64,000 nucleotides of DNA from Podarcis gaigeae (lineage: Eukaryota). Shown here one piece after another: positions 1 through 14,612 of this stretch. Made by a program: the position numbers and the translations under genes. Each line of letters begins with the position of its first letter. Within the stretch, counting starts at the first letter, position 1. The stretch lies in NCBI GenBank assembly GCA_964106915.2, contig OZ066914.1. One strand, 5' to 3'. A model generated the notes under the pieces. The model did no database searches. It saw nothing but the letters and a program-made list of their open reading frames with translations, and was not told the DNA's origin.

Positions 1-3000
1 TCTGTATTCACTGAGGTTTATTACTATTCTTCAAATGCAGATTAAAGCTGTATAAAAAACAAAGGGCTGAGTAAGGCTGTGGGTACAATGATTGCCCACA
101 TCTTATGGGCAATGTTTCTGTTAGTGTAACTGTGCATGGCAAGTTAGGGAACCTTTTTTTCAGTAGTGGGACGTGGTCCCTGGTTGGGGGGGTAATCTCT
201 TGGGGGTCACATGCTGGCAGGGAGGAAGAGTCCATGGTGGGCAAGGCACTCTCTCTCTCTCATTCTGTTACCACCCTTTTCTCCGTCGGCCACCCAGTTT
301 CCTCTTAATTACTCCTCTCCTTGCCATCCACATGAAATTGGGCGGAGGGCTGGTTCCCACCCCAGCTGCAATGGAATTTGCCTTGGAGGTGAGAGGCAAA
401 GTGCGGCATATTATTCACATGTATTTGCACTGCTGTTCACCATATCCTTTAGGAGATTTTTAGGAAACTCAGGTGTTTTCTCAGAACAGATGGAGGAGCT
501 GTTGAATAGCAGCATGGTGCCATTTATCGCTAAAACTCAAAAGCAAGAGTCAAGTTTCTCAGTATGTGCAACTGAAGAACTTCAAAGGGCAAAATATACA
601 TAAGCACTGCTGGAGATGAGAATTTGAACAGTCCACAGCAAATTTCTGATTATTTGAGAATAAGATCAGCCTCCTGAAAACCACCTCAAGCAAACAGAGA
701 CATTTCAACAAATTGCAATCTTCTTGGGTGGCGTCAGCCAAAGCAATTGTTATCTTAAACCACAAAATTAATCCATTTACTCAGTCACAACACTTTAAGA
801 CCTGAACAGATTTTTATCAGCTTCAGTAGCTGCTTCTGCTTGTAGGATCCAAAATTGCATGGGTGGGGTAGTCAACTACAATTCAAGCTTTTCATTTTCA
901 TATATTGCGGATTTTATCCCTGGGATTTCCTAGAGCTGGCAATCTGAAATTATAGGGTGAGCACAACCACCCGCATCACTGAAAGGCACTGAAAGGCTTT
1001 AAACTACCAAACTCTGAAGCAGGGATAGTGAGACCCATTTCACCGCTTCAAGCTAACCAGGAAGTGCCTCCTTGCCTTGCTGCCGCTCTCCCACCACCAC
1101 ATACTTGCTCCTGCTGCTGCCTGCTCAGCTGCCACTGCACTCCTTGCTGCAACTGCCAATGGTGGAGAACCAGCATCACCATCAGTGCCTATTCCGAGCA
1201 AGATGCTGCTGATTTGGTGTTAGGCACGGTCTTGCCCAATGTTGGTGGTGAAGCAAGCAGGGCACCCAAAGGCATGCTGCCTGAGGCAGCTGCCTCACCC
1301 TGCCTAATGACTGGACCAGACCGGCTTTCCTCTAACGGATCACACATAGGCTGCAATGCTGAAAAGGTCTTCCAGGCCAACCCAGGTCTGCATGAGGGCC
1401 ATTCGTCATTCCTTATAAAGCACAAGCAGATGGAGCAAGGGGAACTACATGACACTGGAACCAGATAAGCCTGGGGTGGCTGGTTCCTGGTTGGGTCAGA
1501 AATCAATCCCTCTTCACAAAACACTCAGCTTCTAGAATTCTTTGGGAGGGAAGCCATGACTGTTTAACATGGTTTCATGGTGCTTTCAATATATGGTGTG
1601 AATGTGGCCTAGGACTGACTAAAATTCCCTATGGAACAGCAAAACAAAAACAAAAAACCAGCCAAATTACTTTATTGGGTTATTCCCTTTTTCTGAATTT
1701 CATTTGGGAGTAGGAGTTGGCTTGCGAGTTCCTGTCTGCACTGAAGCTTCTAACATTCCATCCACTTGATAACAAAGACAAAAATGGTCTTATGTTGACA
1801 CATATTTTGCTGTGTATATTCAAGGAAAGTTAATATTGACAGCTTTTCAGAGCTTCCCAAGTCACCTGGACTAGCTTTCATACCACTGGCAGATTCCATT
1901 CTCTGTCAGCTGTGCAGGGAAACCAACCATGATAACAGATTACTGTGTTTGCAGTCTTGTGATGATTTTTCTAGGGATTATGTAGGTAAAGATAGAAAAG
2001 CTTTAAGTGCAACAGAACTGCTTAGAGACATACCAGGGACTCGCCTTATTTCTGAAAACTTGGCATGCCACACAGCCTCATGGTCCTCTTCCCATGTGTG
2101 TGTGCATGGCACACAGAGACTGTGGTCTTGATGTCATGATGGTATTGGGACAGTCACATGCTATTCTGCTTTCAATGCTGTTGGTTTCTGCAAAAGTACT
2201 GGAGCAGTCACACTGCTTCATTTCCAATCTCTGCATATATTGTACCTTCCTGTTGAAATCCTGTAACTTTTTATATCACAAATGTCCTGGGTTTGTGCCT
2301 TTTTTTGTCCTACTTCTGATGGATGTCTGAGAGAGATTAAATATTTGGATTCTGGTGGTTTACTCTAGGCAAGAGGATTTGCAGTTTGAGAGACAGTGAT
2401 GCCTGTCTCTCTATGCCATAGTTCTCTCAAAAACTACAAGTTCCAGAGTTCCTTAGTTCCTGCTGGCATTTTCTATGCAAAGGTGTAAGAAGGTTTCAGG
2501 GTGTGGAGATCAACCAGGGGACCACCGCCCTAATAAACAGGGGCCTTGAGATCCCAGGGACAACATGGGGCAGTGTTTCTGTTGGGATATACAGGCCCCA
2601 GAAATATATGTTAACTAAATGAGGGATGGCTTTAAGGGCCATGCATGTCTCCTCAGATGTAAGCCCTACAGAGTTCAAGGGGGTTTCCTCCCACGTAATT
2701 GTGTATAGCCTTGGTAGTGAGATGTTGTGGGCTACACCTCCCATAAACTCCAGCCACTTGTCAATAGGCAGAGATGGTGGGAGCTGCACTTCAAAACATC
2801 TGGAGTAGGACTGCTGCTTAAGCTTGTCAAATTTCCAAAACTGCAGGAGGAGTCACTCCGTTTCTGACTCTAGCAACAGGCCTCAACCCACTTGAGTCTA
2901 GATCTGCAGCCTGCCTCCCCAATGGCCTGTTAATCTGCTGGAATGTTGTGTGTTTAGGGGCACTGTCTGCTTATGGCTAAATGTCTTCCTGTTTATGTAT

Positions 3001-6000
3001 CCCTTGGGTGAAATCCTGCCTCATAATACAGACAGACATCTTTGAAGCCCTCTCCAAGGATAAACTGTGTTGTCTGAGTCACAAGCATTTATACGTAAAA
3101 CTGGACATGGTGGGCAAAGGCTTCAACCAAGCAAAGGGTTGACTGGAATGGAAGTACCTTGAAGGAGGCACGTACAATTCAACAGTCTGTCATAAACATT
3201 TACACTGCAGAATTGGTTTTGCACTCTGCAGCTATTCATGGTTTATCACCTGTCAGGGACAACACTATTTAATGTTTCCTTGGTGAATCTCAAACCAACC
3301 CAAACACAGAAATGGTAGCTGCATTTGTATAGTAATCACTGTAGAGAGATAAAACGAAAACTGTCGCTGGATGGAGTGTGCTTATTTTCCAGGCAATATC
3401 AAAGCCACATCTACAAACATTCTCAAATGTTTATGGATCTTAAACAGTACATCTTAAAATAGAAAACTGAGTTTTCTAGGAATTGCAGACTGGACAGCAA
3501 TGGCGTCATTGAAGCATGACTAGCACCATCGTTTTGGGGTTTAGACACCAGTTGAAGATCCATATATTTGATTTGACAAAGGTGCACAGGAAATGGATAC
3601 GTGTCCGGCTCGTATTGTTTTAAGCTGACATTAAACTGTTGGATTGAATGTTTGTGTTTTCAGTGTTTTGGTGACTGTGTGGCAAGCCATCCTCAGATCA
3701 CAAATGATGAAAGGTGGTTCAGAACATGAATAAATAAAATAAAATTTGAAAAACTATTAGATGAGGTTAGCTGCTTATTCCTGCTTCCTATTCTCAATGC
3801 AAATCAAATTGAATACGATACTTCCCATATGTCCATGGAAGTTTTTTCCCCTTGCTGTCTTTCTGGCCCTTCCAACTCACTTTCTTCCAATCAGCTCCCC
3901 AAGTCATCATTATCTTTTTCCAGCCTCTTTCTCATGCATCCATCACTGCATCAGGCAAAATGGGACCAATCTAGTCCAGCATCCTGTTCTCATAGGGGCC
4001 AGCCAGATGCCTATGGGAAGCCCTGAGTGCAACATCACTCTCTCCACCAGTGATTCCCAGCACCTGGTATTTGGAAACATACTGCACTGAGCAGTATGCA
4101 TACTGATGTCACACTTCTCAATATACTTTTAGTCTTGGGTTCCCCGTTTGTGTTTGATGGGATTACTATTATCCTATAGAAATATGATGACAGTAAGAGT
4201 CTACACATGTGGTGAATGTGCCCATGATGAAGGCTACACCAATTCTTAGATGAGAGGGATCTTGCAACCCTCATCTTGTAACTTTGTGGAATGAGTATTC
4301 CATATTCCACATACTGCAACATGGTCCACTCTATGGAGGACTCCACTTGAAGTTAATTCAGAAGCTTCACCTGGTGCAAAATGTTGGTATTGAACTGAAT
4401 ATTATTCAGAGTGACCTGTTGAAATTAATGGACCTAACTTGGTTACATTCATTAATTTCACTGGTTCTACTCTGAGTCAAACTTAGTTGAATGCCACCCC
4501 AAAAAAATTCATTGTTGGACAGTTCCTGTTGGTCCTATTCATATTCGTGAAACAGGACGTTTTTCTCCCTTTAACAAATCTGAATCATTCTTTGCTTATT
4601 TCCATTTCCCCCTTCAATAAGGTCACAGCTAAGATCTAAGAACGTACAAACTGAATTTCAATGATTCATGCCTACTTCAAAACTAAGCAACATAAAGCCT
4701 TCATTCATGGCAATTTCAGCTACTTTCAAGTACTGCTTTTGACTATGTGTCTAACTACATGAGAGCTGTAGGTGCATGAGGCTCGAAGCTCAGTGTTGCT
4801 CCATCTAATCAAAAGAAACATAGATTGCTGAACAACATAGCAAGGAATCGCTGCATGTTTCACAAGCACAAAGATGTTACAAGACATCTTTTGTCAGCCA
4901 GCTACAAATCTCAGACTGGAGATCTCCTCCTTCACTGGCTACGTTTCAAACACCACAGTCATATACCATGGGCAGAATACACCAAAGGCAGAAATTCCTC
5001 AGCACCCTACAGGTATAGTAGGCATAGCCAACATTCCAGATTGCTCATCATGTACAAAGGAAGCTGTCCTATACCATGGCCCTGGCCTATCTGGCTCAAT
5101 ATTATCTGCCTGGAAGAAGCTCTCCAAGCTTTCAGACAGAGACCTTTCCCAGCCTTGCTTGGAGATGCCTGAGACTGACCTTTTGCATGCAAACCAAGTG
5201 CTCTGCTACTGAGCAACATTTTCTGTTGTCGAAGTCCCATTCAGCAAGCATCACCCTATACAAAAGCCTAAAGAAACAGTCATATTGTTCAGTTGACATA
5301 CAACAAAACCCTTCCCTTCCCATGCCTCCACTGTCTGCTAGAAATTCACATGGGAGCCAAATCACAAGCCTGGGTGGAATTGTCAAAATAGGTGTGGTGA
5401 TGCTATCAATGCAACCCTGAGCTACAGCCAGATTTTTCTATCGTTGCTACACCTTGCAGCAGGAAATCCTGCTTAGGGGGGTGTTCTGCTTCAAGATACT
5501 AATGAATTAAGAGGCCAAGGCCTATGTGCTTTGGGACATTACATAAGTAAAAACAGCCTGCGTGAACTCAGGAAGGGCTGACTACGTCAAACTTAGCCAG
5601 CAATGAAGTAGCGAGCCCTTTTCCAGAGAGGAAACTAAGACAATGGGAAGCTGTCTAGCTAAATGCTCTCTTCAGTAAAATCAGCCCAAGCATAACACAT
5701 CCCCTATTAAATGAATGAAATATTTTTGGCATGCTTTGGAGAACTATTTCCCAAGGCAATGGGGAGCAACATGACGTTGCCAGCCAATTTCACTGCGGGA
5801 ACTGAGAGCAGCAATTTTCTAAAAAACTCTGGTTTAATTACAGGAAGAGAAGCAGATCAGTTACGCTTGACCACAATGTGGGAGGATTTGCACATTTCAT
5901 CCATAACAGCTCAGCATCATTAAATCTGGAGTGTCAATTACTTTCATATGCATTGAGCAGGGAAAATGCAGAGTTCAAAAATATCTTTGCTAATGTAAAC

Positions 6001-6404
6001 CAGGTTGCCTACTTTCTCCTGGCAGGTGGACCTTGGGACTCTTCTTTTTAAAAATGCAATAACACAATTTTATGTTGGCAGTATTTAATGGATTTTTCAT
6101 CCAGCTGGCTGACAAACAGGCTTTGCTTCAAGTGTGTCACAGTCTTAAGATGGTGATTCAGGAAGTTCTTTGCAGCCCACTTAGGTTAAGTGCGGCTTCA
6201 AATGAGCTCTATTACCAATTCTCCTATGCAATCCTGGTCTAGTTGTGGACTTCAAAACACTTGAAAATGCAGGGAAGGGAACCATTATTCCATGCCTTCA
6301 CTACTCAGTAAAGTAGTAAAAATTCATTCTTGGGGAATTTTGAGTTTGTAAAACACAACAGACTTTTTCTGGAAGAGTCATTTCAATTTTAATTGATTAA
6401 TTAA

Positions 6405-6770
6405 TTAATTATACCCCACCCATCTGGCTGGGTTTCCCCAGTCACTCTGAGCGGCTTCCAATAAAATATTAAAAATACATTAAAACATCAGTCATTAAAA
6501 ACTTCCCTAAACAGGGCTGCCTTCAGATGTCTTCTAAACGTCAGATAGTTGTTGTTCTCTTTGACATCTGGTGGGAGGGCATTCCACAGGGAGGGCACCA
6601 CTACCGAGAAGACCCTCTGCCTGGTTCACTGTAACTTCGCTTCTTGCAGTGAGGGAGCCGCCAGAAGGCCCTCGGTGCTGGACCTCAGTGTCCAGGCTGA
6701 ACGATGGGGGTGGAGACGCTCCTACAGGTATACTGGACCAAGGCCCTTTAGGGCTTTAAAGGTCAGCATT
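6405..6770 (-). mobile_element. L2-type LINE 3' fragment (shorter tails also at ~11835-11875 and ~14110-14170)
   Basis: ATACCCCACCCATCTGGCTGGGTTTCCCCAG tail recurs in the window; the reverse strand contains an AFSV...LWNALP-like segment. Confidence 0.7.
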
Positions 6771-8108
6771 ACATTGATCTAGATAATGTGGTTTCTGGGA
6801 CAAAGTTCCTTGGCTCTTATGCCTCATAGCCATAGTATTATATTTATTGATGTTTGTAACATACCCTGAAGTCCACAGATGCTATAGAAATATAGCAGCT
6901 AAAGATATATCAAACCTACCCACATGATTCCCCCGCTCTGTTTGCAATCAGATGTTATCAGCTTCACAATAAGTGTACAGTCTGCGGAGGGGAGATAACA
7001 TACAAAGAATCCTGCTGGATCAGATTGAAGGCCTGTCTCCTGTCTCCCACAGTGGCCAAACTGATGCCTTAGAGGGGAAGCCTACAAACAGAACATTCCA
7101 CTCGGCAGTTTCTACAAATGAAGCAGAATCAGGGATGTGGGAAGTATGAGAAATACCCTATGAAAAAGTTGGTGTGTTTTCTGAAAAGGACATCCCCAAA
7201 GTGCATGTGGGAAGCCAGCTATATGTACTAAACAGCTTGAGCTGGTCCTGTGCTAGAACCTATCAGCCACATGGACCACTTTGATCTAGAATGCTCAACA
7301 CTGTAGATTCAGAACCCCCTGAGAGAGTGACTCAATCAGAAGAAAGGGAACTTGAGATTCAGGATGTCAGTTCACAGGCACCTTAGTCATTTGTATACTT
7401 GGTGTTGTGAAAAAGCAGTCAGAAACCAACCACAGCATGCAGACCCTTCACATCATCTGATGTGAACACAAATGCAACACTTTTCAATGGAGACAGTTGT
7501 AGTCAGCTAAGAATAATCAAGTCCTTGCTTGTACTTCTTGTATGGTCCCTTGATATACCTTCATCCAAGGAAGTGATATTATCTGTTAAGCAGATATATT
7601 TCCTGAAACAGTAGTTCTTGAAGCTAGCAGTATGAATCACATCATTTAAACCGGGCAGAAGCTGAAGCCCTTAATTAAAGCTTGTAAGGTCTGCCTGAAT
7701 GGACAGGCCCTTTTGTTATAGTCATTAGGAGGAATCTTCTGTTACTATTTTTACAACACCTCCAATTAGTTGCTTTCTCTGATGCTGCACATACTACAGT
7801 TGCCTTATGTCAAGGAAATCAAAGCAATACAAAACTTGTGTGCAGTTATCGTGTTACATCCGAGATGGGGAACCTCTGGCCTCCCAAATGTTTCTGGATC
7901 ACAATATCCATCACCTCTGGCCATAGGCCATATTGGATGGGGCTGATGGGAGTTGAAGCCTCAAACATCAGGAGGGTTACAATTTTCCTAGTTTTATATG
8001 GCTTACAGACTGCGTCCAAGGAGGCTTGCCCAGTTATCAGGCAGAAAAAGGGTGAGAAGCTCAACTCAATATGTAGGATTGCCGAAGGGATTGGTCATTG
8101 CTTTAAAG

Positions 8109-8273
8109 CATAGCTGTCAACCTTCCCTTTTTTTGCGGGAAATTCCCTTATTCCAGTGCCGTTTCCCGCTGCTTCCCGCTACTATCCCGGATTGTTAGAT
8201 ATCCCGTAGACTGTCCCCGGGACAGGTGAGGCTGCTAATCCCTTATTTTCAAATCTGAAAGTTGACAGCTATG
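8109..8273. mobile_element. hAT-type MITE
   Basis: TIR CATAGCTGTCAAC, 8-bp TSD CTTTAAAG/CTTTAAAA. Confidence 0.85.
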
Positions 8274-11200
8274 CTTTAAAAGCTGTCTGTGCTAACTAGA
8301 TGGGCACAAAGAGTGGTAAATCTAGTGAGGAAATTCTCCTCACCATTGGCAGGATGATACAGGCAATTTAAGCTGCAATCCTCACCACACTTACATGGGA
8401 ATAAGCACCACTGAATTCAACAGGACTTAATCACGAGGTTAGAATTCCACTGTTAGGCCACATTCAAACTGTTTTGAATAACATAGTTTGAACACGGATT
8501 AAAAACCCAGCAGTGGAAATGCAGAGAGTGCACAATAAATGGGAGCATGAACACAGCATAAGTTAGGTATCATCCAGATGACCTTTTTTATTGAGCATTC
8601 ATCCTGATCCGCTCACACAAAGCTTAGAGGTTAGACTACATCTGGTCTTTACTGAGCACTCAATCTGATTTATTAGTGGGAAAGTTATACGATCGACCCT
8701 GCATCATGATTCAGATGTCTTCCTATTCATCATTCACTCATCCCATGCTTTTCAGCACATTCCCCCTGTCACTTTCCTAACAGCAAAAAGTCTGGTTTGA
8801 TTGTTTGTTTGTTTAATGTTTAATTTGTTGCTCCAGGCTATAGAGAACTTAGATGCACTTTATTTGGGCAAACATAAATTTCTGGTACATTCCTGAACCC
8901 CGTGTGCAAAATAGTGACATTCTGGAGGCACCCTAGAGCAAACCGGCACTAATTTTGTGGCTCTTTTGGTTTCCACAGGGTAGCAAAGTAGGTCACCTTG
9001 TTCTGGGGGCCATCCACTCTCTCAGGATGATAAAGAAAGGAACAAATTGTCTCTGTGACAGGGAATGGTTTCAAGCAGTCATTACTGACATAGGATCCCC
9101 TATCCCACTAAAAATTCCTGTCATTGTTGGGTCTTGGTGGGGAGGGGGGCCTATCAGTGACAGATTCCTCTCCAAACAAATCAGGACAGGGCTGAATAAA
9201 GCAAGCCTGGACATGTCCAGCTTCCTTTTTGCAGTCAGCCTAAATTGCACAGCAACAGGACAATCACATCCTCATTCCTCTCCATCTGAGATAAAGTTCA
9301 GAGTCAATGAAAGCCTTATGCCACATGGCAATTACATTTGAAATGGTTCCAAATGATAAAGTGGGGAAGAAATGTGAATGAGGCCCACAGCTATTCATTA
9401 CTCATGTCATGTATTTATTTGGGATTTATTTGATAAAAGGTGTCCTTAATTATGAGGTATATCTACCCCACAGCTCTCCATTAGTTTTACAATACTGGCT
9501 GCATATTATGCACTATGCATTTAAATTATATTTTCCCCCCTCAAAGAATCCTGGGAAATGTAGTTTAACTCTCAGAGTAACAAATCCCAGGGCACTTAAC
9601 AAATTACCAATTCCCAGGATTCTTTGGTAGGGGGCTGTTATTTAAATATGATTTAAATGTACAGTGTGTACACAGCCTATAGCTTCTTCTAAAAGTCATA
9701 TTATCAGGGCACCTTTTCAGCTTTCAGTGTCAGCAAGGAAAGATTCTAGAAGTCTTTAAAGGTCTTTTCTTGGATATAAAAACTCACTGTCCCTGTGGTC
9801 ACCTAAAGGCCTTCCTCTCCTGAAAGGTCTGGTATTAACGAAGAATTCAACCCACAGGGAGTCAACCCACTCCTAAGAAAAGTGCTGGCAATGTCCTTGA
9901 TTCAAATAAAGTTCAACGTAACAAACCCACCTCTCATCATTTTCATATTGCAACAGGGTCTGCATCTTCTGTTTAGAACAGGGTCTCAGGAGAAAGACCT
10001 GCTGTTTCTAATGCCAATCAGATACTTCAACTGGTACAATGTTTACCATGGTGGTAAGACGTTTTTATGATAAGCAACACATTTTTACAAGAGGTCTTCT
10101 TCATATGTTTTGTTCTTCTGAAGCCACATCCACACTATACATTTAAAGCACTCTTACACCACTTTAACAGTCACGACTTCCCACAAAGAATCCTGGGAAC
10201 TTTAGTTTGTTATGGGTGCTGGGGAATTATAACGCTGTAAGGGGTTTCCTAACTCTCAGCACCTTTAACAAAAGCATGGTGTGGCTGTGTGACTCAAGTC
10301 CTAGTCCTATACAAAGGGGAAGCTTGCTTGCCCTTCCTCTTTCCCACTTAGCTCATCAGCCACGACATGCAGCTCCTGCATCACAGGAGACCCCAGGAAT
10401 GAAATAATCCACATCATTTCCTGCTCTGGAATGAACCCATGAACTCTGACGTGAAATTTCCGGGGAAACGGGACAGCTGTCCTTGCCTGTGGCCAACGGA
10501 ATAACAGTTTGGCAGTTGCCGGAACATATTGTCTGGATGAAACATTCGCCTTGTGTTCTTTGGGGCTTTGTTTTGCTTTCGCGATGCTGTAGAAATCCTC
10601 TTGTTCACTGGCAGCTAGGCCATGTCCGTGTAGATCAAAGAGCTGCTAGTCATGAACATCGGAGAGAGAATATTCCGGAACGAGTCAGGGATGTGAAAGG
10701 CTTTTCTTCTGTGCCCTTCCATGGGGGCTGGCATTTGCATCACTGAGCGGTGACATAAGGAACAGGGCAAACAAAAAAACCTTTATATTCCTAAATCTCT
10801 CAAGGCTGGTTCTTTTGCATATCTATAAGAGTCAGCTGCTGGAGGAGGAAGTCAAAATGCCATTTATTAGCTTTCACTTTTAAAAATACCAACAGCTAAG
10901 GCACATCAAAGCATGATGCACCATCAAGGTAGCAGTTAATTTACAGGGATTTTAGCTTCATTTTGAGCAGACCTAACAGCATTGGACCTAAATGCACTGG
11001 AGTGGGAAACAAAACCCAGACTCCACCTTCTGTTCCATTAAACTGGCTATCCTACCTCAGGTCAAAGGGCTGATCACAGCCTGTCCAATTCTATGCATGT
11101 TTACTAGAAGTAAATCCCACTGTACTCAGAGTGGAGATCACCCTCAGGTAATAGTGAATAAGACTGCAGTCTAAAATAATCCAACAGAAGCAGCTCAAAT

Positions 11201-12574
11201 ATTCTGCCAAAGACAACTAGGTTGGCAACTGAATCTTAGGTCTCATTCATACCACACATTTGAAACACATTTATATCACTTTAACAGTCATGGCTTCTTC
11301 TAAAGTATTCCGACAATGGTAGTTTACCCCTCACAGAACTACAATTCCCAGCACCCTTAAGCCAATGCAGTTCCTTGGATTCTTGGGGGGAAGTGAAGTG
11401 CTTTAAATGTATGGTGTGGATGGGACCTCACTTCAACAGTGATTTCGGGACAATATCCTCCACAATGCCTAAAGGAATCAGGCTATCTTATGAGGTGGAG
11501 ACTACCTTAGGAGGCTCAGGGGGTATCTGTGTGAGGCAGTTGCCTCAATCAGCTTAATGAAATGGCTGGCCCTGACTACAACTTCCATCAGATCCCATCC
11601 AGCATAGCCAATTGTTGAGGATGATGGGAGTTGTCCACAAAACCGGGAACACACCATGTTGGTTACCCCCAGCCATAAGAAGATCATACTGTATCTGAGA
11701 AGAAAATTATCTGGTTACTTCTAATGACAAGGAATGAGCAGAGGTATGAAAGAGGAAAGAGCAAGTTTGTTTCCCAAGCCTCCTTTTGGTTCAATTTTCC
11801 TACTATAATAACAACAACAACAACAACAACAAGAATTTATTATTTATACCCCGCCCATCTGGCTGGGTTTCCCAAGGGTTTAACCCAAGGCAGAGTTTGA
11901 TTTGCCATGTGGAAATGATACCTCACACCACCTTTTCCTACCCTGTTGCTGCAACACCTCATTGCCCAGGTAAAAGCAAGTTTGGACATGATTCGCGTTT
12001 CTCCCTGGTGAGCATGGAGACAGCGATTCATAAACCAGGCTGGGTCTCAGCTGTAAAGGAAATATTCAGAATGTGGATGCTTCACATACCTTGGCATACT
12101 CAGACTCAAAAGCTGGCATGGTAATTGATGGGAATTTTACATAAGAGAATTGTGGTGAAACTGACACCTGCATTTAGCCACAGAAACAGTGTACATTTGA
12201 TATTTGGACCACAGAGATCTGATTGTTTTTTTAAAAAATGTTGTGGTTTTAACGTGGCAAGAGGAGTTGCTGAGGGGCAGAGTGTCAGGAAGCATTGGAC
12301 TGGGGTGGAATGAGACAGGGTTTGTTGGGTAGGATTTGTAAACAAACAAAAACTGATGGGGTTTTTAAAAAAAGAAGCAACAGCATGAAGTGCTTTATTA
12401 TTTAAAAGGGAAAAAACAGAAGAAAGCTCAAGACTCAGTTTAACTTTGTAAAGAATGTAGACAAGACAGTAAAACATAGCAGTAAAACATAATAAGCACA
12501 CAATAAATGGCATTCTCTACCTAAAGAAGCAAAGGAAGTAGGAAATTATTATAAACCCTGCTATGGCCTGAGAA

Positions 12575-12938
12575 GGGACGCGGGTGGCGCTGTGGGTAAA
12601 TGCCTCAGCGCCTAGGGCTTGCCGATCGAAAGGTCGGCGGTTCGAATCCCCGCGGCGGGGTGCGCTCCCGTTGCTCAGTCCCAGCGCCTGCCAACCTAGC
12701 AGTTCGAAAGCACCCCTGGGTGCAAGTAGATAAATAGGGACCGCTTTCTAGCGGGAAGGTAAACGGCGTTTCCGTGTGCAGCTCTGGCTCGCCAGAGCAG
12801 CGATGTCACGCTGGCCATGTGACCCGGAAGTGTCTCCGGACAGCGCTGGCCCCTGGCCTCTTGAGTGAGATGGGCGCACAACCCCAGAGTCTGGCAAGAC
12901 TGGCCCCTACGGGCAGGGGTACCTTTACCTTTTACCTT
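12575..12938 (+). mobile_element. Sauria SINE (Squam1-type), full length, young
   Basis: tRNA-like head with B box GGTTCGAATCC, (ACCTTT)n tail, 13-bp TSD TATGGCCTGAGAA, CpGs retained. Confidence 0.9.
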
Positions 12939-13450
12939 TATGGCCTGAGAAACAAAAGCCTTCAGAGGCTTTAAGGCAGGGGTTGCCTACATGGGCTCAC
13001 TCAAGTAAATATGGATAGATAGGACTGCAGCCTGAGTGTTTTATATATGAACATTGAATAACAATTACAGTATACCTGAAAAATATATTTTGAAGGAAAG
13101 TTAAAATTCAGAAATATTATGTTATAACCTCCTGCTTTGCACAGGAGGTTATTGCTCAGGGCAAGTATGGAGACACTCCAGATGCGTTTGGACTCCAACT
13201 CCCATCAGCCCGGCCCATGGTGAGGGATGATGGGATTTGGAGTCCAACCACATCCGGAGGGCCACAGGCTCCCTACCCATCACTCAGAGGGTTAACGTAG
13301 AGGATGGCAGACAGAATCCTAGATATTTAGCTTGCGCACTGATCAGGACTCAGGGAAGAAGAATAAGATGTGCCGGCAGATTTATGTTACATGGTCTTTT
13401 ATGGACTAAAGTCAGATACGTCTGGTGAAGTGGACTTTAATCTGTTAAGT

Positions 13451-13701
13451 CAGGGGTAGGCAACCTAAGGCCCAGGGGCCAGATGCGGCCCAATTGCCTT
13501 CTAATTCTGGCCCACGGACAGTCCAGGAATCATTGTCTTTTTACATGAGTAGAATGTGTCCTTTTATTTAAAATGCATCTCTGGGTTATTTGTGGGGCAT
13601 AGGAATTCGTTCATTCCCCCCCACCCCAATATAGTCCAGCCCCCCACAAAGTCTGAGAGACAGTGGACCGGCCCACGGCTGAAAAAGGTTGCTGACCCCT
13701 G
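13451..13701. mobile_element. hAT (Charlie-like) MITE
   Basis: CAGGGGT...ACCCCTG ends, perfect 8-bp TSD TGTTAAGT. Confidence 0.88.
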
Positions 13702-14359
13702 TGTTAAGTCTTTCAGGGGCCACCAGATCCTTTGTTACTTTTTTCCACTCAGTTACTCCTCAGGATGTTCTTACCTAGGAAAAGGAGAAAGCGGTGTGCC
13801 CTTGTGCGACAGCACGTTCCTCCAGGGAAATTGCCGGGTGAGGTATGTGTGCTCTGTCAGAACCTAAACAAATAGCTCTCTCTTGCAATGAGAGGTGGGA
13901 CCAGGGAACGGAATGTTTTGCTGAAACTGAGAAAAGCGTCCAGGCCCTGTGGTTTCAAGTGCTCTGACCCTACTAAATCCCAGAGCGCAAGTCAAACAGA
14001 AAAATGCAAATCCATTTCTTTTACAGATCTGGTTCAAGGCAGCCCTTAGGGCAGGTGATGGAAACTTCTGACCCTCCTGATGTTGCTACAGTTCTCATCA
14101 GAATAATAATACAATTTATTACTTATACCCCGTCCATCTGACTGGGTTGCCCCAGCCACTCTGAGCAGCCGATAGTCAGGGGTGATGGGAGTTGTAGTTC
14201 AACAATATGTGGAGGACAAAAGGCTCCCCACATGCAGGCTGCTTCTTTCTTCTTCATTTGGCCAATCGCAGTGTCATGCGTTTGAGTCCCAGGTTGGGCA
14301 AAAGATTTCTGCATTGCAGGGGGCTGGACTAGATGACCCTCATGGTCCCTTCCAACTCT

Positions 14360-14612
14360 TTGTTATTGTTGTTGTTTAGTCGTTTAGTCATGTCCGACTC
14401 TTTGTGACCCCATGGACCAGAGCACGCCAGGCACTTCTGTCTTCCACTGCCTCCCGCAGTTTGGTCAGACTCATGTTCGTAGCTTCGAGAACACTATCCA
14501 ACCATCTCATCCTCTGTCGTCCCCTTCTCCTTGTGCCCTCCATCTTTCCCAGCATCAGGGTCTTTTCCAGGGAGTCTTCTCTTCTCATGAGGTGGCCAAA
14601 GTATTCCAAAGT
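14360..14612 (-). mobile_element. BovB (RTE) LINE 3' end nested in a SINE tail
   Basis: YFGHLMRREDSLEKTLMLGKMEGTRRRGRQRMRWLD...WRALVHGVTKSRT, (CAA)n tail, imperfect TSD TTCCAACTCT/TTCCATCTCT. Confidence 0.9.

Noticed and set aside
12106-12513. Hydrophobic 135-aa minus-strand ORF as a possible transporter exon
   Set aside because: T-rich low-complexity translation with no similarity to SLC22A18; a stop follows the nearby acceptor in the needed phase.
13124-13152. 11-bp perfect hairpin ATAACCTCCTG-N7-CAGGAGGTTAT
   Set aside because: Too short for a pre-miRNA; plausibly a chance feature or MITE remnant.
13775-13864. Minus-strand segment bounded by TTTAG and GTAAG, exon-like
   Set aside because: In the required phase it hits TGA at once and no frame resembles SLC22A18; at most a cryptic or poison exon.
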